Assembly (NCBI GenBank): GCA_947178145.1
Contig: CAMWXE010000008.1
Location: 19,166-83,165 of the forward strand
Origin: an uncultured Lachnospiraceae bacterium
Lineage (GTDB): Bacteria; Bacillota; Clostridia; Lachnospirales; Lachnospiraceae
Reading direction: 5' to 3'
DNA length: 64,000 nucleotides
The stretch's first letter is position 1, and the number at the start of each line of letters is the position of its first letter. The position numbers were made by a program, and so were the translations under genes. The notes beneath the pieces are model-generated. The model searched no databases and was not told where the DNA came from. It saw only the letters and a program-made list of their open reading frames with translations. Shown here piece by piece: positions 41,201 through 50,979 of this stretch.

Positions 41201-41592
41201 ACGAGAATGGTACAGTCATCCGCGAGAATTACGTGGACGAGATGGCGGGGCGCGATTCCGGCGGCGAGGGGCAAAACCCAAAGTATGTGGCGCTGCTTGC
41301 AGGGTTTGCCATGCTGTATCATGCGCAGAGCAACAGGGACTCCAAGATAAAACTGGTGCTCCTGGATGAAGCGTTTTCTAAGATGGATCAGGAGCGCAGC
41401 GCAGTCTGTCTGAAATATGCGCGGAAGATGGATCTGCAGCTGATTGTCTGTGTGCCCGACGAGCGCCTGCAGTCATTGATTCAAAATGTCGACTGCGTGT
41501 ACGGTTTCCGCAGATTTCAGAACCGGATATCGATGATGCATATTGACAAAGGAAATTATCTCAGTATGCTCGAGGGGGAAGATGACGAGTAA
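38236..41592 (+). CDS. jetC: Wadjet JetC-like SMC/MukB-type ATPase
   Basis: LNNWGG, SGMSGSGKST Walker A, long coiled coil, SGGEGQ signature, LLDEAFSKMD; GTG start after GAGGAG. Confidence 0.85.
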   Translation: MRKAKKIFTRMCLNNWGGITHQVLTFHEYVNLFSGMSGSGKSTVMDAIQVILYGSISSSFLNKAADDAKNKRSVLSYLKGEQKDGTANRGGSDFCSNIVLEIKDTGTHLTSCVGLAFEVRKNDSEIRKMMYFSHAGQMPDSGYLTREGCPYTNQEIRKLVEERAGSAENRGKDINRIYPSKEAYTNALYDVLLGYIDGRRFTVMEKSAIALKMTDGTGQFIKDYMFPKNDGDIIGKISEQLGSYRDIQEKIKDMRHRIELLTEVQEAGKRKLAVSTDIIRSRAMIRCTEVLELQDKIAADEEGIQTAAEELERLEMEKTKLDAEMEEIEKELIQVSADLQSSDLGVKEHQLEELVTLQKMYAADSEQWRKVTQGLRKWEEDTVITDYVSNPMLNKIEDFCRGKVDTALCESLRKSIQDTRGNIDEVLEEYNEQRRELEKEIKELSRLVDDLQNDRKPYPAMLKEARAALERRLTDRYGRAVKVNIFADLFNVEDAEWKDAIEGRMGRLKLSLVTEPKYAHDAAALFREMKKFEEVDLINTDAVAKQNCSVEDNSLYEAVQTETPYIDVCLKRYLGRIRKCHTVEELERVRDGVTPDCYSYSNFIFRHLRKNDYGKYACIGTKVSKAKLAEYQENLQRQESGCAELRRLIERLKAAAGFEHLDNDAAYFERLSRAGKELDRVTGNIVKLREDIARLKEGEYRELQERKDRLEEKKKEKKIQQNQNQNLTNERTRMMSQKEGEVSRLRADLEEKRTGYKADARIEAEITEQLKTRSGQGIRNRISAQISTLEEKEQEETETLQNARNRFNREYPSVGFNGAEKDNTAYDRLLQDYQNDYEPKYESEFERQCSLIYKSLRENVIATIHGDIKAAKRHTHDINRLLRETNFADSTYQIKIEPARDEKGQFYEMLTAPELDSKNVGADVVEGQLSLGEDAFYQKYGQKIMLLTDKFMPVREEDGRLREQRMRDMEEFADYRNYLSFTMYEQVTDENGTVIRENYVDEMAGRDSGGEGQNPKYVALLAGFAMLYHAQSNRDSKIKLVLLDEAFSKMDQERSAVCLKYARKMDLQLIVCVPDERLQSLIQNVDCVYGFRRFQNRISMMHIDKGNYLSMLEGEDDE

Positions 41593-41633
41593 TTTGATTG
41601 GCGTGCGCGCAAGGGCACGCAAGGGGTATCAAT

Positions 41634-42950
41634 ATGGAACAGATGACACTGTTTGACAGGGAGATGCCGCAGCCGCTGGCGGCAAGACTGCGGCCGCAGA
41701 GTCTGGAGGAATACGCAGGGCAGACACATTTGCTGGGAAAGGGAAAGGTGCTGCGCCGGTTAATTGAGAGTGACCAGGTGTCTTCCATGATTTTCTGGGG
41801 GCCGCCCGGGGTGGGCAAGACGACGCTTGCACGGATTATCGCGGGCAGGACGAAGTCTGCATTTATCGATTTCTCAGCGGTGACGAGCGGTATCAAGGAA
41901 ATCCGCACTGTCATGGAGCAGGCGGAGCACAACCGCCGCTTCGGGGAGCGGACAATCGTCTTTGTGGACGAGATTCACCGATTTAACAAGGCGCAGCAGG
42001 ATGCGTTTCTGCCGTTTGTGGAGAAGGGAAGTATTATCTTAATTGGAGCTACGACGGAGAATCCATCGTTTGAGATTAACAGCGCGCTTCTGTCGAGGTG
42101 CAAGGTGTTTGTGCTGCATGCGCTCACGACGGAGGATTTGGCGGGACTGCTGGCGCGCGCGCTGAAGGACGACAGGGGGTTTGGAATGCAGCGGGTCAAT
42201 ATCTCAGATGATATGATTCAGGCGATTGCGAACTTTGCGAACGGTGATGCGCGGAACGCTCTGTCGACGCTGGAGATGGTTGTCCTGAACGGTGAGATTG
42301 ATGAAAACGGGGCGATTACAGTCACAGGGGAGACTCTGGAACAGTGCACCTCCAAAAAGTCGTTACTGTATGACAAGAAGGGCGAGGAGCACTACAATCT
42401 GATCTCTGCGCTCCACAAATCCATGCGGAATTCTGACCCGGATGCGGCAGTGTACTGGCTTGCCCGCATGCTGGAAGCGGGGGAGGATCCGCTGTATGTC
42501 GCGCGGAGGGTGGCGCGTTTTGCGAGCGAGGATGTCGGGCTTGCGGACCCGCAGGCGCTGCAGATCGCGGTGGCGGCGTATCAGGCGTGCCATTTCATCG
42601 GAATGCCGGAGTGCACGGTGCATCTGACGCAGGCGGTGGTCTACATGTCACTTGCACCGAAGTCCAATGCGCTGTACATGGCATATGAGCACGCAAAGAT
42701 TGATGCCATAGAGCAGCTGGCGGAGCCGGTTCCGCTTGTGATTCGCAACGCTGTCACAGATCTGATGGGGGAGCTGGATTACGGGAAAGGATATCAGTAC
42801 GCCCACGATACGGAGGAGAAGCTGACCAATATGCAGTGCCTGCCAGATTCACTGGCAGACAGGGAGTACTATCAGCCAACCGGACAGGGAAAGGAAGCAG
42901 CTTTTAAAGAGCGGCTGGAACAGGTCAGAGAGTGGAGAAGGCAGCATTGA
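41634..42950 (+). CDS. rarA: replication-associated recombination protein A
   Basis: PLAARLRP, WGPPGVGKTT, DEIHRFNKAQQD, ISALHKSMRNSD, ASEDVGLAD. Confidence 0.95.
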   Translation: MEQMTLFDREMPQPLAARLRPQSLEEYAGQTHLLGKGKVLRRLIESDQVSSMIFWGPPGVGKTTLARIIAGRTKSAFIDFSAVTSGIKEIRTVMEQAEHNRRFGERTIVFVDEIHRFNKAQQDAFLPFVEKGSIILIGATTENPSFEINSALLSRCKVFVLHALTTEDLAGLLARALKDDRGFGMQRVNISDDMIQAIANFANGDARNALSTLEMVVLNGEIDENGAITVTGETLEQCTSKKSLLYDKKGEEHYNLISALHKSMRNSDPDAAVYWLARMLEAGEDPLYVARRVARFASEDVGLADPQALQIAVAAYQACHFIGMPECTVHLTQAVVYMSLAPKSNALYMAYEHAKIDAIEQLAEPVPLVIRNAVTDLMGELDYGKGYQYAHDTEEKLTNMQCLPDSLADREYYQPTGQGKEAAFKERLEQVREWRRQH

Positions 42951-42951
42951 T

Positions 42952-42977
42952 AAAAGACACCATTGATGGTGTCTTTT
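42952..42977 (+). terminator. intrinsic terminator
   Basis: AAAAGACACCAT/ATGGTGTCTTTT. Confidence 0.8.
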
Positions 42978-43064
42978 TATGAATTATCTATGATATTCAA
43001 CATGCTCTTGTGACGGTATTCTAAAAGAAAATTGTGTTTTTAACATGAAATTACCCATAAGAAC

Positions 43065-46000
43065 ATGAGTTTGATGCTCATCTATAAATTGAACTGGACA
43101 GGACAGGCATGTGGTAATTTGTTCATTGTGCAAACGGCGCCAGTCGTGTATACTGTAATCAAAGAAATACAGAAAGGCGGTGCAGGAGATTTGCGGCAGG
43201 AGATGCATTTAGACGAGGGTGCAAAATCCCAGGCTATGAGGCAGTTGACAGCCATTTTCGAGAGTAAAGAGGATTATAAAAAGGCAGATGTGTGGAAGAA
43301 GTTCTTTTTGTCGGAGGATTTTTTGCGGGAACAATATTCCGAGGGATTTGTCAATGACATGATGCGGTATTTATCGAGGTGGCAGGAGAATGGAGAGGGG
43401 GAATATCCAACCTCGGACAGTTGTGAAAAAAGACCAACAGGAACTGATAACATCAAAATTTTTGCGATACTGGTCAAGATAGTATCCTGTTTTACAAATG
43501 CTATCAGGCATTTTTTTCAGCAGTTTCGAAAGAATTGTTTTATACAAGACACTGTCCGGAATGAGGTATGTCTGCCGGCAGGATTTCTCACGGAGCTTGC
43601 CATAGCGTATGGTTTGAGACTCGAGCAGGGGCGGAGCGCCGCAGATGTGTCGAACACTTTTCCGACAAGGGAAGTGATTGCAAAGAGATGGGACATTGAG
43701 ATGAATAAGATGGGGGATTCTCCAACACGCATTTTAAATAAGCCCGAATGTGTGGTGCGGATGCGGGCGTTTTATGACTATCTGCAATTAAGACATATGA
43801 ATGCGGAAAATAAGATGAATCCGGGAAACAGGGAAATCTGGTCAAAAATATTGTTGAATGGACAGGCAAGATGCCTATATGAACAGAATACCAGAGAAGG
43901 ATATATGTATGAAGAATATCGGGGAGAATGCCTGATTGTATTGTTTACTTTCTGGATTCAGAATGAAACAGTGCCCAAATGTGTCTTGGAGTGCATGTAC
44001 CAGGAATATAACCTGAAAAATGTGGAGCACTCTATGAACAGGAAGCTGTATGCGCCCTTAAAACAGGAAATTCTCAGGCAGTACCCTGATATTGAGAGCG
44101 CGTTGTACGGGGACGGCGCCAGAGCACAGAAAATTGCGGACTGCTTTCGGGAATTGGCGCGGATTGTTTCGGATAATCATTCCAATTATGATAAGGGCAT
44201 CTACGAGGAAACGTTAGAAATCAGGAATCGGATTCAGACGCTATTTGCCAGTTCTAAGTGGCAGGAGCTTCAGTATGATCCGGAGTTGTTTGATAAAATA
44301 TTTTCTCAGATGCATTCCAGGCATGTCATGCCGGTATCGCTTTCGGAAAGGCTGATTGCGCTCTATTCCCAGGAAGAACAATGGAGAGCGAAGGACAGAC
44401 CGCGGCAGATGATTCTTAAGGGGTTGATACCATCATTGGGATTTAACCGAAGAATACGGGAGATTGAGGGACTGCCAGTCGCGCTGAATAAGACTGGAGT
44501 GGAGGACATTGCTTATAACAATCTTGATTTTTGGCAGTATTATCTGACCTGGGGATTTGGCCTGCGCAATGCCTGTGCAGAGGACGGAATCCGGCCGCAC
44601 AAATATAACCAAGATCAGCGGGAATATCTGCCGGCCTACATGGAATATACCTATTATCCTTCTTTTACATGGCAGAAAGGCTTTACCAGGTTTGATGAGA
44701 CGACAAAGGAAATCAGTAATCCAGTCAGCATGGAATGGAGTCTTCCCGACCGACGGACGCTCAGGGTGGAGTTTCATCTGCACTATGTTCTCTATTGGAT
44801 AGATGGTCAGCCAGTCCACAATGTGGAGTATCCGTTTGATGATTTCGTGAAGCTTTCTGCATCAATGGAAAATCCGGAACTGTTTTTCTTCCTGTTGGCG
44901 ATTACTTCTATAGAGAAGAGTGAGCGTGACAAAGCAATCCCTATGGTTGAAAAGTGGCTGCAAAAAACGCCGCTCTATCCGCAGACGATTCCAGACATTG
45001 CGCGCTTACTGGTGGAGTGCTGCAGCAGAAGAAACGAGGAAAGCAAGAAGACAATTGCAGTCTATTATATGGAGCAGGAGCAGGTATGCATTCGCGCGGT
45101 GGTAATGAAAGAGAGGGTGGTATTTTATGCGCTAAGAGATTTTGCATGGCAGAAGTTTCATAAAATGACAGTAGCAGACAGCGGGTGTGGAGAGCAGACG
45201 AAGCGATTGGTTATGGCGTTTTTGCAGGAGTTAAAACAGCCGATACCTGTTTCGTCCAGTGCTGTTTTGCTTGAGGGCATGGAACCAAAGGAAAAGGCGG
45301 AACAGATTATAGGGGCGCTAAAGCGGCATGAAACAGACAGCAGATTCTTAACCGAAACTTACTGTGTGCTGCGCTATGGAGAGCGGCGGAAAAGCGAACG
45401 CGTATTATACTGTGCGATGAATCCTTTTGGGGCAGATTTGACACAGCGCAATACGGAGATTGCCAAACAGTATGCATTTTCGTGTCAGGAGTTGGATAAA
45501 AAGGTAAAGGAGAAGCACCGCATAGCCGGTTTTCTGGGTTGGGGGGATTCCTATACGCCCAAAGAAATCTGCGAGCCAAAGCCGTTTGCGGTTGGAGACA
45601 GCGGAACATATTATTACTACCAGTCATTCCGCATGCGACGTGGAGACAGTCTGGCAGCGATTCTGCCAGAGATGTTTGACCTAGCGAATGTGACAGAGGT
45701 GGAGTGCTTTAGCGGATCCTTAAGTATTTCGCAGATCGACGGACACTTGGAATATTGCTATGGCGAGCGGGCGCTATGGGAGTCGGTACACAGTCTGGAA
45801 AAAGTGGGTGCTGACTTTTTGTCGGTGTTTACAGAGACAGGAATTTTGATAGAGCTGGTGTCATGGCTTGACAGTCTGCTTGCGGCGCATGAGATAGAAG
45901 TACAGTGGCTTCATTTGGTTTTTCGGCGTCAGTCGAATGAGGCCTGTTTGGTGGAGGCGGTGAGCCGAACCAAATGTTATGACACCGTCGCTTTTACAGA

Positions 46001-46538
46001 AGAATATTTATCTGGAGATGAGGTATTTGTCTGGAAGCGCGATTGTAGAGGGACGGATGTGTTTAAACGCTTGAAAGATATGCTTGTGCGGCATCTGGAA
46101 AAGGGAACATGTGGCTGCCGGATAAAGTCTATGCGCCGGATGGATATCGCATATTGGATTGACAAGGAACAGGTAATGGAGGAAACGGTATTGATAAAAG
46201 CAGAGTTTGGAATCATTGATTGTTTTGATGAGACAAGGGATTATGGTGTGTATGAACCGGAGCAGTATCACTGCGTCTGTATTGATGACGATCGCTATAT
46301 TGATGACTGGTGGGATCGCTTGCGGCTGATGAAAACGTATTTTCACTGTTTCAGCCGCCCGGAGATGGGGTTGGCAAGATATGGCGTCACCCTGATTCCG
46401 CCGGAATCGCTGCCCGCTTTTCAGGATATTGTCCTGTCAGACCACAGAATCAATCAGGATGAGCAGCTGGTACTGCTTGCACAGGTGATCCGGAAGGCGA
46501 TTCAGGAAGGGAAGTATATGATTCATTTTGGCGTGTGA
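43065..46538 (+). CDS. large hypothetical, probably mosaic, protein (start uncertain)
   Basis: 1157-aa ORF; the C-terminal ~110 aa (EFGIID...GVTLIPPESL...IHFGV) looks like a separate small domain. Confidence 0.6.
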   Translation: MSLMLIYKLNWTGQACGNLFIVQTAPVVYTVIKEIQKGGAGDLRQEMHLDEGAKSQAMRQLTAIFESKEDYKKADVWKKFFLSEDFLREQYSEGFVNDMMRYLSRWQENGEGEYPTSDSCEKRPTGTDNIKIFAILVKIVSCFTNAIRHFFQQFRKNCFIQDTVRNEVCLPAGFLTELAIAYGLRLEQGRSAADVSNTFPTREVIAKRWDIEMNKMGDSPTRILNKPECVVRMRAFYDYLQLRHMNAENKMNPGNREIWSKILLNGQARCLYEQNTREGYMYEEYRGECLIVLFTFWIQNETVPKCVLECMYQEYNLKNVEHSMNRKLYAPLKQEILRQYPDIESALYGDGARAQKIADCFRELARIVSDNHSNYDKGIYEETLEIRNRIQTLFASSKWQELQYDPELFDKIFSQMHSRHVMPVSLSERLIALYSQEEQWRAKDRPRQMILKGLIPSLGFNRRIREIEGLPVALNKTGVEDIAYNNLDFWQYYLTWGFGLRNACAEDGIRPHKYNQDQREYLPAYMEYTYYPSFTWQKGFTRFDETTKEISNPVSMEWSLPDRRTLRVEFHLHYVLYWIDGQPVHNVEYPFDDFVKLSASMENPELFFFLLAITSIEKSERDKAIPMVEKWLQKTPLYPQTIPDIARLLVECCSRRNEESKKTIAVYYMEQEQVCIRAVVMKERVVFYALRDFAWQKFHKMTVADSGCGEQTKRLVMAFLQELKQPIPVSSSAVLLEGMEPKEKAEQIIGALKRHETDSRFLTETYCVLRYGERRKSERVLYCAMNPFGADLTQRNTEIAKQYAFSCQELDKKVKEKHRIAGFLGWGDSYTPKEICEPKPFAVGDSGTYYYYQSFRMRRGDSLAAILPEMFDLANVTEVECFSGSLSISQIDGHLEYCYGERALWESVHSLEKVGADFLSVFTETGILIELVSWLDSLLAAHEIEVQWLHLVFRRQSNEACLVEAVSRTKCYDTVAFTEEYLSGDEVFVWKRDCRGTDVFKRLKDMLVRHLEKGTCGCRIKSMRRMDIAYWIDKEQVMEETVLIKAEFGIIDCFDETRDYGVYEPEQYHCVCIDDDRYIDDWWDRLRLMKTYFHCFSRPEMGLARYGVTLIPPESLPAFQDIVLSDHRINQDEQLVLLAQVIRKAIQEGKYMIHFGV

Positions 46539-46671
46539 GTGATTATGGGTGAACCATCCAATGTTAATTTATTATTTTGGTTTATAATGCCTGAATAAGT
46601 GCTCCGATAAAGTTGTTATACGTCATACTGTGGGGCTTATATCGGAGGGGTTATCAAAAATGCACTTTGGG

Positions 46672-46773
46672 TTACAAAGTGCATTTTTTCGTTCGGATAA
46701 TCCGCTGGATACTTTTTTCAGACAGATAATAACGTTCTGCCAGTTCCCGGGTTGTTTGGCCGGACAGAACGGT
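46672..46773 (-). pseudogene. remnant of a Mor/CD3324-like HTH gene
   Basis: Minus strand reads SGQTTRELAERYYLSEKSIQRIIRTKK*, preceded by an in-frame stop and no start. Confidence 0.55.
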
Positions 46774-46916
46774 TTAAAAGTTGTATTTTTCGCGGATGAC
46801 TCTCCACTTGTCTATCAAAGAAAAGGAATCGCTGCTTACCCCTATCCAAAACAAAATTGTGCCAAAACTATATGGAGGTGTGAACAGTAAGAGACATTCT
46901 GGAATTTTTACAGGAC

Positions 46917-47080
46917 TTAGGAACTGTAGAAAAATAAGTGACACATCTTGACTTGTCTATTTCTCCGATAGCACAGCACAAAAAGCCTCGCCGTAGCCCA
47001 CTACGCCTACGTTTTTTGTACTGCACTCTCGAAGAAATATCCTGCGCAATCTGTATCACTTATTTTCCTACAGTTCCTTA
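46917..47080. mobile_element. MITE/REP-like palindromic element (~164 bp)
   Basis: Terminal inverted repeats AGGAACTGTAGAAAAATAAGTGA / TCACTTATTTTCCTACAGTTCCT; central CGTAGCCCACTACG hairpin. Confidence 0.75.
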
Positions 47081-47179
47081 TTAATGCAATGTATTGACAA
47101 AATAATTTCATGATGATATCATAATGATATCAAAAAGATAAAACAAATAGGAAACATAACATTGAAAGGAGAGAATCCT

Positions 47180-48222
47180 ATGGAAGAGAAGATACTATCA
47201 ACGAAAAAAATGGTATGGCAGCACTGCTTGGAATTTTGCTGCTGTTTGCGGTGTCGGTTGCAGGCATCGTTATCGGATCAAATGCGATTGCAAAAAATAA
47301 CAGTGCAGCAATGCTTGTTGCAGGGATTGTGATGCTTGTTGCAGGGATTGTGCTGCTACCCACATCGTTTGTACTCTGTGGAGGGCTGAAAGTACTGAAA
47401 CCGCAGGAGGCGCTGGTGCTCACATTGTTTGGCAAATATGTGGGTACATTAAAAGAGGATGGTTTCTATTTTGTGAATCCATTCTGCACGAGCGTCAATC
47501 CGGCGGCAAAGACGAAACTGAGCCAGAGCGGCGACGTGGGTGTGCCTGCATCTACATCCCTGATGACGTTAGCGAATAATGCAACCAGTAGAAACGTAGA
47601 GATTGGCAGCAATAAAATCTCCCTGAAAATCATGACCTTAAACAACAACAAGCAGAAGATCAACGACTGTCTCGGAAATCCGATCGAAATCGGAATCGCT
47701 GTTACATGGAAGGTTGTGGACACGGCGAAGGCAGTATTTAATGTGGACAATTACAAAGAATTCCTGTCGCTGCAGTGCGACAGTGCGCTCCGTGACATCG
47801 TGCGCATCTACCCGTATGATGTTGCGCCCAATGTCGACACGACAGGCGACGGCATCGCGGACGAGGGAAGCCTGCGCGGCTCCAGCGAGATCGTGGCTGG
47901 GAAAATCCGTGACGAGATACAGAAACGGGTTGCGGAGGCAGGGATCGAAGTGGTGGAGGCGCGTATCACATACCTTGCGTACGCACCCGAGATTGCCGCA
48001 GTGATGCTGCAGAGACAGCAGGCATCTGCAATTATCGATGCGAGGAAGATGATCGTGGACGGTGCGGTCGGCATGGTTGAGATGGCGCTGGACCGACTCA
48101 GTGAAAATCACACCGTGGAGCTGGACGAGGAGCGCAAGGCTGCGATGGTTTCCAATCTGCTGGTAGTGCTCTGCGGAAACCGCGACGCACAGCCGGTTGT
48201 GAACTCGGGAAGTCTTTATTAG
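47180..48222 (+). CDS. SPFH/band-7 membrane protein with apparent -1 frameshift near the 5' end
   Basis: [35 protein letters not shown]; RBS and ATG at 47180 are out of frame with the ORF at 47215. Confidence 0.88.
47311..47352 (+). repeat. 21-bp in-frame tandem duplication (MLVAGIV x2)
   Basis: ATGCTTGTTGCAGGGATTGTG twice. Confidence 0.9.
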
Positions 48223-48239
48223 TGCAAAGGAATGATGCT

Positions 48240-48443
48240 ATGGGGGATTCGGGCAAGAAACAAGTGCCGCTCAGACTTTCTGCGAAGCTGTACGACGCAA
48301 TCGCAGCGTGGGCCGAGGATGATTTCCGCTCTGTCAACGGGCAGATCGAGTATCTGCTGACGGAGTGCGTGCGCCAGCGGAAGAAAAACGGAAAATATGT
48401 CTCGGAAGAGATAGACAAACCGCTGGAGATTGATATTAAATAG
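48240..48443 (+). CDS. Arc/ribbon-helix-helix DNA-binding protein
   Basis: [33 protein letters not shown]. Confidence 0.8.
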   Translation: MGDSGKKQVPLRLSAKLYDAIAAWAEDDFRSVNGQIEYLLTECVRQRKKNGKYVSEEIDKPLEIDIK

Positions 48444-48463
48444 GTTTCAGACGGGGGAGGCAT

Positions 48464-48697
48464 GTGAGCATGAAGCATTGGAAAAAAATGATCGCACCGA
48501 TAGTGGTTGCGCTGATCATCATATTGTATTATGTTGGAATCGCTGTATTTTTTATGAAGATACCCGGCATTTCCGCAGTCATCAAAATCCTGACGGTTGT
48601 GATACCGCTTGTGCTGGCTGTGGTGATGGTTGGTGTTTTAATAAGCAGAATAAAAGAAATTCAAGGAGGAGAAGAGGATGATCTTAGTCAATACTGA
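48464..48697 (+). CDS. small 2-TM membrane protein
   Basis: Two hydrophobic helices; ends RIKEIQGGEEDDLSQY; overlaps the next gene. Confidence 0.75.
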   Translation: MSMKHWKKMIAPIVVALIIILYYVGIAVFFMKIPGISAVIKILTVVIPLVLAVVMVGVLISRIKEIQGGEEDDLSQY

Positions 48698-48989
48698 TTA
48701 CATCAGCGGAAAGGAACTGGAGATGCTCGGACTCGTAAAGGGAAGCACAATCCAGTCAAAGAATGTCGGAAGGGATATTACACAGGGGTTAAAGACGCTG
48801 GTGGGCGGTGAGCTGAAAACCTACACAGAGATGATGAACGAGGCTAGGGCACTCGCGACCAAGCGCATGGTCGAGGAGGCGGAGAAACTGGGAGCCGACG
48901 CGGTTGTCAATATCCGCTATGCATCGGCGGCAGTCATGCAGGGCGCGGCGGAGGTCATGGCATACGGAACCGCGGTGAAGTTCAGATAG
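48678..48989 (+). CDS. YbjQ/UPF0145 family protein
   Basis: GLKTLVGGELKTY, GADAVVNIR, AYGTAV. Confidence 0.92.
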   Translation: MILVNTDYISGKELEMLGLVKGSTIQSKNVGRDITQGLKTLVGGELKTYTEMMNEARALATKRMVEEAEKLGADAVVNIRYASAAVMQGAAEVMAYGTAVKFR

Positions 48990-49057
48990 GGTATTAACCG
49001 TTCGGCATAGGATTTTGCATGGCCTGATGATGCGCTATGATTGTGCCGGACGGTTTC

Positions 49058-49071
49058 TTACATTTCTGTAA
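49058..49071. promoter_or_regulatory. BceR/GraR-type response regulator box
   Basis: TTACA-N4-TGTAA upstream of a Bce-like regulator. Confidence 0.55.
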
Positions 49072-49207
49072 CATATTCAATTGGGGTTTTCTGGATATGA
49101 GAAAAGGGTTATAATGCAATCATGGACAGGCGTTAAGCCGCATATTGAATGCAGCTTATTGCCGCAATGGTGAAGGTACAGAGTTATTGCTTTATGGAGA
49201 TATGTGA

Positions 49208-49957
49208 ATGGAGTCAATGCTTGGGATGGATACAAAGTTAAAGATTATGATGATTGAGGATGACGCCGCGCTTGCGCGGGAAATCAGTCTGTCTCTCGAA
49301 AAGTGGCAGTATGAGGCAGCTGTGGCAGAGCGGTTTGACGATATTTTGCAGGAATTTACAGAAAAGAGACCGCAGCTCGTCCTGATGGATATCAACCTGC
49401 CCTGTCACGACGGATTTTACTGGTGCAGCCAGATCAGACAGATCTCAAAAGTCCCGGTCATCTATATCAGCAGCCGCGGCGACGACAGGGATAAGATCAT
49501 GGCGATCGCGCAGGGCGGCGATGACTATGTGGAGAAACCGCTTCGCATGGAGCTGCTGCGGGCTAAAATCGAGGCGATGCTGCGGCGGACTTACGAGTAC
49601 AAGGTCCGGGAGCGCGTTTTTCTTTCCGCAGGGCTGTGTTTTGACTGTGCGGTGCAGAGTTTATACGATATCAGTCAGGGCATCGGGAAAGCTGGCCTGG
49701 CAAATGACAGGCGTGCGGGGGAGGAGCAGGAGATCGATCTCACGAAATCGGAGCGTCGGCTCCTCTCGCGTCTGGTGGAGAGCAGACCGGACGTCGTGAC
49801 GCGTGATGAGCTGATGATGGAGCTGTGGAACACGGACGAGTATGTCACGGACGCGGCGCTGACCACGATTATCAGCAGACTGCGCACAAAGCTCAAATCC
49901 GTGTGCGGCGAGGATGTGATACGCACCAAAAAAGGACAGGGATATTACGTGAAATGA
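49208..49957 (+). CDS. OmpR-family response regulator (BceR/GraR-like)
   Basis: IEDD, LMDINLP..DGFYWC, GGDDYVEKP, TKKGQGY. Confidence 0.92.
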   Translation: MESMLGMDTKLKIMMIEDDAALAREISLSLEKWQYEAAVAERFDDILQEFTEKRPQLVLMDINLPCHDGFYWCSQIRQISKVPVIYISSRGDDRDKIMAIAQGGDDYVEKPLRMELLRAKIEAMLRRTYEYKVRERVFLSAGLCFDCAVQSLYDISQGIGKAGLANDRRAGEEQEIDLTKSERRLLSRLVESRPDVVTRDELMMELWNTDEYVTDAALTTIISRLRTKLKSVCGEDVIRTKKGQGYYVK

Positions 49958-50979
49958 TTGTGTGGAGATGGTTCAAGAGAAAATGGGGACAGTATGTTGT
50001 CCTGTTTCTGGTGCTGCTGGGTTTTAACCTGTATTTTATATTTTTGATGCGGACAACACATATGACATATCTGCTGTATCTCGACCTGCTTTTGCTGGTA
50101 TTTCTGGCGGTCGTGGAAGGTACGGCGTTTTTTGGCTTCTGGAAAAAAGAACGCAGGAAAAGAGCGTTTTTGCAGGAGAACGAGCTGATCTGTGAGACGC
50201 TTTCCGATATGGAGGACCGCGAGGTCTTTGCACACGACCGGCTGGTTCTGGAGAAGCGCCTCCAGGAGAAGTTTGCAGAGAACTGCGACCTGCAGGACTA
50301 TGTGGCAAAGTGGTGCCACGAGTTTAAGATACCGCTGTCGGCGGCATTGCTGATATCCACAAAAATCAAGGATGCAGACATCAGAACCGATATGAGGGAG
50401 CAGCTGGAGCGGATGAACTGGCAGATGAACATGATGATGCAGGGATGCAGGCTGCAGAGTCCGCTGTTTGACATGCAGATCAGGCAGGTTCCGCTCGAAA
50501 AATGTATCAGGGCGTCCATCAGAAATAACCAGTTCTTTCTGATTCAGAAAAAATTTCAGATTGACATGCAGATCGGCGAAGTCATTGTCTATACAGATGA
50601 GGTCTGGCTGACCTATATTTTAGACCAGGTCTTAAATAATGCTGTCAAGTATGCAGGACAAAATGGGGAACACCATATCCGTTTTTGGACGGAAAAGGCG
50701 GCAGGGCAGACCAGATCTTCCCTTTTTGAGGAAACTTTTCCGATTCAACTTTTTATAGAGGACAATGGAGAAGGAATCCGGGAAAGTGATATCAGGCGCA
50801 TTTTTGAGAAAGGCTACACAGGCAGCGGCTACCACAACGGCAAGTACAAATCAACCGGGATGGGATTGTACATGGCAGACAAAATAGCCGGAAAACTGGG
50901 ACATGAGATAACTGTCAAGAGCTGTTATGGGGAGTACACGCGCTTTTGCATCATGCTCCGGGGGAAACAGCCATGCTGA
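49954..50979 (+). CDS. intramembrane-sensing histidine kinase (BceS/GraS-like)
   Basis: Two close TMs; WCHEFKIPL, NAVKY, DNGEGI, STGMGLY. Confidence 0.9.
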   Translation: MIVWRWFKRKWGQYVVLFLVLLGFNLYFIFLMRTTHMTYLLYLDLLLLVFLAVVEGTAFFGFWKKERRKRAFLQENELICETLSDMEDREVFAHDRLVLEKRLQEKFAENCDLQDYVAKWCHEFKIPLSAALLISTKIKDADIRTDMREQLERMNWQMNMMMQGCRLQSPLFDMQIRQVPLEKCIRASIRNNQFFLIQKKFQIDMQIGEVIVYTDEVWLTYILDQVLNNAVKYAGQNGEHHIRFWTEKAAGQTRSSLFEETFPIQLFIEDNGEGIRESDIRRIFEKGYTGSGYHNGKYKSTGMGLYMADKIAGKLGHEITVKSCYGEYTRFCIMLRGKQPC

